A DNA stretch of 64,000 bases. Source: a virus (lineage: Duplodnaviria > Heunggongvirae > Uroviricota > Caudoviricetes). Location of the stretch: IMG/VR virus record IMGVR_UViG_3300030294_000676; one strand, written 5' to 3'. The translations under genes were made by a program, and so were the position numbers. This document shows positions 36,901 to 44,423 of this stretch, in pieces. Within the stretch, counting starts at the first letter, position 1. Each line of letters begins with the position of its first letter. Below the pieces are notes generated by a model. It searched no databases. It saw only the letters and a list, made by a program, of their open reading frames with translations, and was not told where the DNA came from.

Positions 36901-38595
36901 AGATTAAGTTTAATTGAAAAATATGGAGTAAATGCTTTTGAAGTAAACTTAGATGTTATTGGTTTAAAATATGCTTTTGAAAATATTAGAGAAAAACACT
37001 TTAATACAGTACTTCCTAATATACATTCTGCATTAACAGTAATGAAGTTTCACGGATGAAGTTCAGGAAAGACTAAAGAACTTACAGAAGCTCTTGAAGA
37101 TTTCTTTAATCAAATGAAAACTGCTGTATATGGTCAATCGTTAGTAGCTGATAAAGAAGGTGCAGAAGCATTAGCTGTTATTAAAAAGGTACAAAAAATA
37201 TCGAGTTTAATGGCAATTTCATTAAGACCTGCATTATTAATTAAAGAGTTACTTGTTGGAACAGTTAAGAATACATCTTATGCATGAAGTAAAATTTATG
37301 GAGATGATAGTTTTAATGGAGATCATCTTGCAAAAGCTTATAAATTAGTATTAGATCCTAATAAAGAAACATATGCCTTAAATGAAGCTATCAACTTAGA
37401 AATGCGTTTTGCTAATCAAGATTTAAATCACATTGTTGATAGAAAGAAAGTTGATAAATTCGGATTTAACTTCTTGGGTGAAAATATGTATTGATTCAAT
37501 ACTGCACCAGATTATGTAAATCGACTATCCTTATTATTTGCAAAAATGATTCATGATGGTTGTTATGATGCACATAGTTTAAATTCAGAAGGACAACTAC
37601 AATATGATCCTTCTAAAGATAAAAGATATGCTCATTATTTTAAAAATCGCGAAGCTAATGGATATCAATATAATGCATCTGATGAATTATACAATAAACA
37701 ACGTAGTTTGTATTTAACTATAATTGACGAGTTTAATGGTGAGAATTCTTCGTTTGGTGAAAAACTTTTAACTGAAAAAGATAATATTCCATCAGCATAC
37801 ACATCTAAAGAACGTGGTAGTATTAAGAATTTTTCTGATATGGCTTATGGATTTTATGATCAAGATATGTCACCTTTGATTAAACATACTGCAATGGGTA
37901 TTATTTTTGGACAATTCTTAACATTCTGACCATCTAAAGTTAAATATTATTTTGGTAAACCTGATCAAAAATCTCCTAGAGGTTATATGGGTCAAAAGTT
38001 TACAATTGATGATAATGGAAATAAAATTCTATATTATCAAAAAATGACTACTGATGAAAATGGTAAACCTGTAATTGATGAACAAGGTAATTATGAAATG
38101 CAAGAAGTAACTAAAGATCAATTAGGTTCTAAAGATCCTATTATTCCTGCTAATGCTTGAATTGGTTCTCCTAGTGAAGGTTTAATGTATTCATTAGGTT
38201 TAACTATTAGAGCTCTTGCTACTGGTGATTTAAAGAATACTGATCCTCAAAGATTAGCTAATGCTAAAGTTGCGTTACATGATTTATTAATCGCTATGAT
38301 GATGATTTGATTAGGACATATATTAATGTCTAAAGGAGAAGATGGTATGAAACCAATGAAAGAAATGTCTCAATACGAACAACTAGCTACTAAAGTAGGT
38401 ATGAAGAGTTTTGGGGAGTTTGATCCATTTGGTGGTGTATTTGGAGCATTAAGTTGAGAACCAGCTTTTGCTTCAATTATGACTAATACTATGACCGATT
38501 TTAAGAGTGTACTTGCAGGTAAATCTGATTTAGTTACGTTTTTAAGAGGTAATTGAAATATGATGGAAATCTTACCAACTGTTGATAGAAAGTAA
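33925..38595 (+). CDS. Giant virion protein 4 (1556 aa, 16 TGA=Trp), degenerate PD-(D/E)XK-like domain near the N-terminus
   Basis: Frame 1 is continuous with TGA=Trp to TAA 38593-38595. Includes FKNP-W-D, APDYVNRL, MIHDGCYDAHS, YTSKERGSIKNFSD and GQFLTF-W. Confidence 0.8.
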
Positions 38596-38640
38596 AAAAA
38601 AATCCCCTAACCGTTAAGGCTAGGGGATTTTCTTGTTTTA
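38596..38640. terminator. Bidirectional intrinsic terminator between the convergent arms
   Basis: AAAATCCCCTAACC-GTTAA-GGCTAGGGGATTTT, flanked by an A-run on the left and a T-rich tract on the right, between the stops at 38595 (+) and 38638 (-). Confidence 0.8.
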
Positions 38641-39345
38641 TTTAGTTGTGTAAAAAGTATTAGCGTAAGATTCACGTTCTTTATTATATTTCTTCATACG
38701 TTCATATTTATTAGCAAATGCATAAGCTGCTTCTGCTGGAGATTTAGCTTGTAATATAGCTGCTTTTGCATGCTTTTGTGTATTATTTAATTCTCAATTA
38801 ATAAACTCTAATTGATCTTGTGCTGTAGATGAATGTACATCTTTACCCATAATGCGTTTAAAATCCGCTTGTCTTGGTCCTTCTCATTGAGCTAAACCAA
38901 ATCCTGGACCGCCATTATTTTGAGGTCGCATATGATTTAAACCTGATTCTGCATATAGATTACCAGTAATACCAGAAGCTACTTCTTTAGTATAACCTTT
39001 ACCCATAAAGAATTTAATTGCTTCTTTAGCTTTTTGAGAAACAGATACTTTTGGTGTAAAAACAGAAGCATTAACATTAATATCATTTAATGCTTTTTCA
39101 GGAGTAGACATTGGAACTTTAGTTAATTTATTAACTAATAACGCAGCTATATCGGTATCTTTACTAGGTGTAGAGATATTAGGAATTGATTGTGTAGTAG
39201 TAGCTTGATCTAAAAATTTAGTCATAAAAGGATTGTCTGGAACAAGTCCATTATCTTGATAATATTGTCTAGCTTCTTGTGCTCGAGAGTCATTAGCTAT
39301 TTCTATAGGTTTGAATGTTGCAAATTGGTTTAATTCATTAGGCAT
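38638..39345 (-). CDS. Phage tail-type lysozyme (Phage_lysozyme2-like), 235 aa (2 TGA=Trp)
   Basis: ASGITGNLYAESGL...GFGLAQ-W(TGA 38884)-EGPRQADF...QDQLEFIN-W(TGA 38794)-ELN...SPAEAAYAFANKYER; ends TAA 38638-38640. Confidence 0.85.
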
Positions 39346-39370
39346 AATAAAAGTGTTTTAGTTTAACTCA

Positions 39371-39398
39371 CAAAAGTAATAATAATTTTTGGAATAAA
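39371..39398 (-). promoter_or_regulatory. Bacteroidota-type promoter for the lysozyme gene
   Basis: The minus strand reads TTTATTCCAAA-N7-ATTACTTTTG; TACTTTTG matches TAnnTTTG, 25 nt before the ATG. Confidence 0.6.
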
Positions 39399-39407
39399 TA
39401 TCATAAA

Positions 39408-39460
39408 TTAAAAAAAAATAGGGGAACCCACAGCTTTCGCCATGAGTTCCCCTATTTAAT
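39408..39460 (-). terminator. Strong intrinsic terminator ending the replication arm
   Basis: The minus strand reads ATAGGGGAACTCATGGC-GAAA-GCTGTGGGTTCCCCTAT followed by a T-run (17-bp stem with G-U pairs, GAAA tetraloop). Confidence 0.85.
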
Positions 39461-39479
39461 AATTTACTTTTCAACAACA

Positions 39480-39674
39480 CTATTCATCTCCATAGATTTT
39501 CATTTTCTCCTCACATTTATCACAAAACTGCGCAGGTATTTTAATTTCCCCACTTGCAGCTTTAGTTTCATCTTCTGTAAAATGATGAGAATACTTTATA
39601 ATCGTACTACATTTAGAGCACAATAATACAGGATTCCCACCATTTAATTTAAATTTTGCTTTCGATTTCGCCAT
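39480..39674 (-). CDS. Small Zn-ribbon protein (CxxC...CxxC)
   Basis: MAKSKAKFKLNGGNPVLLCSKCS...FCDKCEE; ATG 39674 preferred over the track start; TAG stop. Confidence 0.65.
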   Translation of the reverse strand: MAKSKAKFKLNGGNPVLLCSKCSTIIKYSHHFTEDETKAASGEIKIPAQFCDKCEEKMKIYGDE

Positions 39675-39954
39675 TCTTTGTATGATAATTATAAAACATT
39701 GCGTTACATTGAATGTGACCCATATGAGATATTCCTGTCTCAGAATCAAATTGTTCACCATCCATCAAAGCAGCTAAGTGTCGTTGCATAGATTCTAAAA
39801 TTTTATTAGTAGGCATACCTTTTTTCCAGTTATCCCTATCATATTTTTCACATCCAAATTCTAAAACTCTAACCATTGGTTCTAAACTTTTATAATGAAC
39901 TAATGACCATTGAGGTTTTCCTTCATTATAACGTTTCGCTTGTTCCTGTTCCAT
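39649..39954 (-). CDS. dATP/dGTP diphosphohydrolase domain protein (DUF5664-like)
   Basis: AKRYNEGKPQWSLV...VLEFGCEKYDRDNWKKG...SMQRHL...DSETGISHMGHIQCN. Confidence 0.85.
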   Translation of the reverse strand: MEQEQAKRYNEGKPQWSLVHYKSLEPMVRVLEFGCEKYDRDNWKKGMPTNKILESMQRHLAALMDGEQFDSETGISHMGHIQCNAMFYNYHTKNGEIESKI

Positions 39955-41059
39955 GTTCTAATAAATAACGATATTGAATAAATCCTTTAAAATTATTACA
40001 CCAACCATAGATTGATTTAGGATTATCGGATTCATCTTCTTTAGTTTTACCTCTAATAAATAAATGATATTCTTCCTCAGTCATTACACGAGCACAATGT
40101 TCAAATGGTGACATATGTTTACTATTAAGTAACATATCATGAAGTTGAATATCTTTGTTATAATCAATTTCTCCATCAAATGTCATATAAGATAGACGAG
40201 CTGCACGAGCAGTTGCTATTTTTAATGCAATTTTTTCTAATTCTGCATCATGACCTTCTGCTGTAACCCATTGAACATCTTGAGTTCTAAGAAAATCTTC
40301 AATTTTATCTTCTGAAAATATTTTATCACCAAAAGGAATATGCCATTCACCTGCTTCCAATAAACTAGGCTTAGATTCGTTCTGGACATCCCACATAGCT
40401 TCAGCTAATGCTTGGATATGTATTTCTGCTTGTGAATAATTAATAGATTGCCAATATTCTGTATTATATATACTTAAATTAGTATTAACTCCACCATTTT
40501 CTAAATAAAATTTAATCCAATCTTTTCTAGATTTAAAATATGTTCCTGTAGTAATATTATAATACTGAGGACATCTTAACTTATAAAAGTTTTCAAGTTC
40601 AGTAGTAGTTACTAAACAAGTATACCATTGATAAGGTTCAAGTAAACGATTACAAAGTTGTTTAGTTACTCCCATTTGAAGAGGTATATCTGTTCCATCA
40701 TATATGTAATAATCTCCATGTAAATTTTCACTATGATTTACTGCTTCATCTCTTGCAAATAACCATTGTTTAATACAATTTTTAATTTCAATAGGATCAA
40801 CAATATATTTAGTTCCCTGCATTCCTTTATGATCCTTTTGCCAAGCAATTGGAATAAATGGATCATCTTCTACAGATTTAACCATTTTATTAAAAGGAAT
40901 AGCTCTACTAGAAGCTGCATTCCTTGAGAATACTCTGTGAGTCATCATCTCAGCATGAATAATTCTCGGGTAAGTTAACACGAAAGTAGTGATTCTATTG
41001 CCTTGTGAGTTAATAGAATCAGCTACTATCTTTGCATTAATAGTATGTTTCACCATCAC
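39926..41059 (-). CDS. thyX: Flavin-dependent thymidylate synthase (ThyX/Thy1), phage type
   Basis: THRVFSRNAASSRAIP motif, KQLCNRLLEP, ARAARLSY and HMSPFEHCA. Confidence 0.8.
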   Translation of the reverse strand: MMVKHTINAKIVADSINSQGNRITTFVLTYPRIIHAEMMTHRVFSRNAASSRAIPFNKMVKSVEDDPFIPIAWQKDHKGMQGTKYIVDPIEIKNCIKQWLFARDEAVNHSENLHGDYYIYDGTDIPLQMGVTKQLCNRLLEPYQWYTCLVTTTELENFYKLRCPQYYNITTGTYFKSRKDWIKFYLENGGVNTNLSIYNTEYWQSINYSQAEIHIQALAEAMWDVQNESKPSLLEAGEWHIPFGDKIFSEDKIEDFLRTQDVQWVTAEGHDAELEKIALKIATARAARLSYMTFDGEIDYNKDIQLHDMLLNSKHMSPFEHCARVMTEEEYHLFIRGKTKEDESDNPKSIYGWCNNFKGFIQYRYLLEHGTGTSETL

Positions 41060-41546
41060 CTAAAATTGTTTTACAATTTAATTCAAAATCATCATCTTCT
41101 ATAATTTTAGGACATTCTTTGTCTAAAATCTCATCATCTTGAGCATTAGGTAAAACTTCAATAGTTTCAATCTCTGCATCTTCATCAACGTCTACAAAAG
41201 TTATTACATGTTGACCATGTTCTTCTACTTCTACTAATTGATTATGTAATTCAAATGATTCTACATAACCTCCACCAAATTCGTATGCAACTCCTATAAT
41301 GTCTACATTATATTTGTTACATAAATGATGAAAGAATTGTAAAGGAGCTACCCATTTACTACCAACTTCAAAATAACATTCAATTTCGTATTCATCTTCA
41401 CAATCTTCTGCATTACAGTATTCTGGATATAAACTACTAAAATTTTCTTGTAATTCTTCGTGTAATAATCTTGATGTCTTTAATTTTAATTCCTCAGTTT
41501 CATCAAAATATGTTACGTTAATTATGTTACTGCATAAATTTGCCAT
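41037..41546 (-). CDS. Hypothetical protein, possibly YubB/DUF1281 ferredoxin-like fold
   Basis: MANLCSNIINV...SKWVAP...AYEFGGGYV resembles the MPNWCxN...TAWxPP...YxExG pattern; acidic tail. Confidence 0.45.
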   Translation of the reverse strand: MANLCSNIINVTYFDETEELKLKTSRLLHEELQENFSSLYPEYCNAEDCEDEYEIECYFEVGSKWVAPLQFFHHLCNKYNVDIIGVAYEFGGGYVESFELHNQLVEVEEHGQHVITFVDVDEDAEIETIEVLPNAQDDEILDKECPKIIEDDDFELNCKTILGDGETYY

Positions 41547-41552
41547 AATATT

Positions 41553-41804
41553 CTAATTTAAGCCGCAACATTTTTTGTACTTCAATCCACTATTACATGG
41601 ACATTTCTCATTTCTACGAACCTTTGAGGACTCACGTCTTTGAGGTTGTAGTCTTACACCTAGTGCATCTCTTCCAGCTCTAGAGTATAATAATCCGGAT
41701 TGCATGATCTCGTTAAATAACATTTGATCTTCTTTCGCCTGGATTAATTCTTCAGAGAACTTATCGTCTAAGTTCTCTGCAAATTCTTGTTCTTGTTCTT
41801 GCAT
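41553..41804 (-). CDS. SEC-C motif protein
   Basis: C-terminal KVRRNEKCPCNSGLKYKKCCG; ATG at 41802-41804 overlaps the upstream stop. Confidence 0.8.
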   Translation of the reverse strand: MQEQEQEFAENLDDKFSEELIQAKEDQMLFNEIMQSGLLYSRAGRDALGVRLQPQRRESSKVRRNEKCPCNSGLKYKKCCGLN

Positions 41805-42130
41805 TACCAATTGTATGTATATGATTTTTTAAATGCATTTAGCATTTCTTCTTTTACATTATCTATGATAGTTTCATCAATACCTTGATTAGCTAATCTT
41901 GTAACTAAATCTTCAACACTGCTAACGCTGTATTTATCAGCATCGTTATAATAAACGGATACATCCACAAAATGTGAATCAAAGTAGTAGTAATCATCTT
42001 CACCTAAACCAGATCTTACGAATTCATACCACCTTTCACTTAATGGAATACTTTTATCCATAACATATTTCATCATATGCTTAGTTGCTGCACTTTTAAG
42101 TGCTAAATAATTATCTACTATTTCTTTCAT
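41804..42130 (-). CDS. Hypothetical protein
   Basis: 108 aa ORF tightly coupled to both neighbours. Confidence 0.6.
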   Translation of the reverse strand: MKEIVDNYLALKSAATKHMMKYVMDKSIPLSERWYEFVRSGLGEDDYYYFDSHFVDVSVYYNDADKYSVSSVEDLVTRLANQGIDETIIDNVKEEMLNAFKKSYTYNW

Positions 42131-42843
42131 ATCTTATTGTATTTAAATTTATTATTTTCATAACTGTAATATTCATCGTGTTCTAAACAATCTGCTAATA
42201 ACAGATTTTCAACTTCTTGTGGTGAATTCTTTCTAATTCTAGTGTGTCCTACTACTTGGATATAACCATCAATCATATCTTGTAATAAACTTACAGGACG
42301 AACCCATAAAGGTCCCTGCCATAAATCATCACCAGAACCGTCTTGACAAAATTCTTTACAAATAAAATCATATTTATCAAGACACGTTTTATCTTCAACA
42401 TGTTTTCTAAAATCCTCATTTAAACCATCTTCATCAAAAGAAAGTTCAGATTCATCTAGCCAAGTTTTAGTAAATCCTGCATGAGAACATACTATATTAT
42501 CATCAATAAAGTGACATAATTTAATAACTCCTGTCTTAATTGCATTATAAAGAACTGGAGCCATATTTTCATAAGTTCCATCAACATATCTACATTTATT
42601 AGCAAAACTTTCAAATGCAGCTAAATCATGATTTCCTATAAGCATTATTACTTTAGTTGGATTGGCTATTTTAAATTCAAGAATATCGTTAAAATTACGA
42701 ACCATATCAACAAGTGATATAGTCCAATCATAAGGATCAAAATAATCTCCCATGAAGATAAACTCATCAGCATCCTTTTCTTTCTCAACTATCTGTTTCC
42801 AGTTAGTTCTTCCATGGATATCTCCAATTATTATTTTTTTCAT
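42127..42843 (-). CDS. Calcineurin-like metallophosphoesterase
   Basis: IIGDIHG, FMGDYFD, LIGNHD, SHAG and VVGHT. Ends in TGA (ATGA overlap) with a TAG three codons later. Confidence 0.85.
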   Translation of the reverse strand: MKKIIIGDIHGRTNWKQIVEKEKDADEFIFMGDYFDPYDWTISLVDMVRNFNDILEFKIANPTKVIMLIGNHDLAAFESFANKCRYVDGTYENMAPVLYNAIKTGVIKLCHFIDDNIVCSHAGFTKTWLDESELSFDEDGLNEDFRKHVEDKTCLDKYDFICKEFCQDGSGDDLWQGPLWVRPVSLLQDMIDGYIQVVGHTRIRKNSPQEVENLLLADCLEHDEYYSYENNKFKYNKI

Positions 42844-43499
42844 TATTCTTCTTTTTTATTAAAATATAAAAGCGTTGGATTATTCTTTTGAATATCAAAA
42901 GGATGTAACGCTTTAAAAGGTTCAATCTGTTTAAGATTAAACGGGTGTGTTATAATATGATATCCATTTACAGTTGGAATTAAAGCAATTGTATTTTGAT
43001 ATACTGGAATTCCACTTGTACTTTCACCTATTTTAGGTCGATTAGATTGACATTTAGTAATTTCATAAATTGTTTTAGATACAAGTTCCATATTTTTTTC
43101 ATCAACATCAATAATCCATCGTTTATCACCAACATTAGATTCTTTAGCACCTACTACAGTTTCATAAGCACGATATACATGCTCATATTGTTTGAATATA
43201 ATTCGATTAACTGTTTCTTTAGTTAATTGTAAAGCCGCTTTCTCAAAGCTTTTGGTATTAAGATTTATGTATGCACGAGCATTAAACATTTCACACAATC
43301 CAATAATTTCGGATTTCTTCGACTCTAAATACTCAATATTTTTTATATAGTAGGTCTTAACACAACGAGCATTGTTATTACGAGCTCGTTCATGCTCTGG
43401 ACAATCTTTCTTTCTTTTCAGAATCTGAAGATGATAAAACTCATCCTCAGATTTGAAAGTTAAAAGTTGTTTAATTTGTTCAAAATTATCAACTATCAT
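42843..43499 (-). CDS. Conserved phage protein with AEP/prim-pol-like DxD and TxNGxH motifs
   Basis: KRWIIDVDEK...IPTVNGYHIITHPF...NPTLLY. Confidence 0.55.
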   Translation of the reverse strand: MIVDNFEQIKQLLTFKSEDEFYHLQILKRKKDCPEHERARNNNARCVKTYYIKNIEYLESKKSEIIGLCEMFNARAYINLNTKSFEKAALQLTKETVNRIIFKQYEHVYRAYETVVGAKESNVGDKRWIIDVDEKNMELVSKTIYEITKCQSNRPKIGESTSGIPVYQNTIALIPTVNGYHIITHPFNLKQIEPFKALHPFDIQKNNPTLLYFNKKEE

Positions 43500-43501
43500 T
43501 A

Positions 43502-43648
43502 CTATTTTTTAATTGTTCCACACACAGTGCATTTAGCACCTTTACCTACAAGTTTTTCGTTATGCAAACGCATTCCTTTACCATAAGTTTTGTCTTGAAA
43601 TTCTGCAGCAGGTCCTGTGCAGTTACATTGTTTTACTGTTGTAGCCAT
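43502..43648 (-). CDS. Small Cys/His Zn-binding protein, 48 aa
   Basis: MATTVKQCNCTGPAAEFQDKTYGKGMRLHNEKLVGKGAKCTVCGTIKK-TAG; below the track length cutoff. Confidence 0.7.
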   Translation of the reverse strand: MATTVKQCNCTGPAAEFQDKTYGKGMRLHNEKLVGKGAKCTVCGTIKK

Positions 43649-43649
43649 T

Positions 43650-43931
43650 TTAATTGATTTTATTTATTACTCTATAAGTAAAATTTTTATATTTATTCGA
43701 ATATCCTTTAATTCCTAATGATTTTGCAGAAAGTAGTGATGTATTATCACTCCAAATTAATACATAATCATTTTTTATAATTATATCACTAAAATATAAA
43801 TATATATATTCAGATACTTTCTTATTAACCATTTTATTATTAAAATTCATTTTATGAAAAGATGAATTTTTTATAAATTTTTTAAAATCGGATAATATTT
43901 TATTTTTTAAATTACTTTTATCGTTTTTCAT
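43650..43931 (-). CDS. Hypothetical very AT-rich ORF
   Basis: 93 aa, Lys/Asn/Phe-rich; fills the gap between neighbours; no motif recognised. Confidence 0.4.
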   Translation of the reverse strand: MKNDKSNLKNKILSDFKKFIKNSSFHKMNFNNKMVNKKVSEYIYLYFSDIIIKNDYVLIWSDNTSLLSAKSLGIKGYSNKYKNFTYRVINKIN

Positions 43932-44154
43932 TTGTGTATAACTCTTCTCCTTTATCAGAGAATATTTTTAGAGTAGCTTCACCACCCTCTACTGGGGTGA
44001 TGAATTTCTCTGTTGCTGTTTTGTAATTTTCATCTTCGATAAAGTTAACTTGACCAGATGGAATATTTTCAGCTTGTTGCAGTATTTCAGCTAATGGAGT
44101 TCTTGATTCTAAATCAGCTTTAATCCACACTTCTACTTTATATAATGCATACAT
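43918..44154 (-). CDS. Hypothetical protein
   Basis: 78 aa ORF in the operon. Confidence 0.55.
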   Translation of the reverse strand: MYALYKVEVWIKADLESRTPLAEILQQAENIPSGQVNFIEDENYKTATEKFITPVEGGEATLKIFSDKGEELYTNEKR

Positions 44155-44165
44155 AATTTTATTTT

Positions 44166-44420
44166 TTAAACATTAAAAGATTCTAGTATCTTTTCTTTAG
44201 ATACTGAACCTACAGTTTTACCCACTTGTTGATCATCTACAAAATAGATGATTGTTGGAATATTACGTACATTGTAATATCCTACTAGATTATTATCGTC
44301 TTCATCAATGTCGATGTGTTCAATAACAATATCAGTTTCTTTTCTCAATTCGATAAGAATTTTATCGACAGTTTTACATGGAACACACCAATCGGCTCCG
44401 AATTTAATTAGTTTTCGCAT
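44166..44420 (-). CDS. Thioredoxin
   Basis: IKFGADWCVPCK...YNVRNIPTIIYF...GKTVG. Confidence 0.85.
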   Translation of the reverse strand: MRKLIKFGADWCVPCKTVDKILIELRKETDIVIEHIDIDEDDNNLVGYYNVRNIPTIIYFVDDQQVGKTVGSVSKEKILESFNV

Positions 44421-44423
44421 CGT

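Noticed and set aside
373-38595. Fragmented + strand ORFs as pseudogenes or sequencing errors
   Set aside because: Breaks are exclusively TGA, never frameshifts or TAA/TAG, and they fall at conserved Trp positions.
373-38595. TGA as Gly (code 25) or selenocysteine
   Set aside because: Motif context (GLAQ-W, KLGY-W, NAKK-W, RKYG-W) indicates Trp; no SECIS-like hairpins were noticed.
39649-39954. Evidence of a 2-aminoadenine (Z) genome
   Set aside because: No PurZ or HD-type DatZ was recognised in the window; DUF5664 alone is insufficient.
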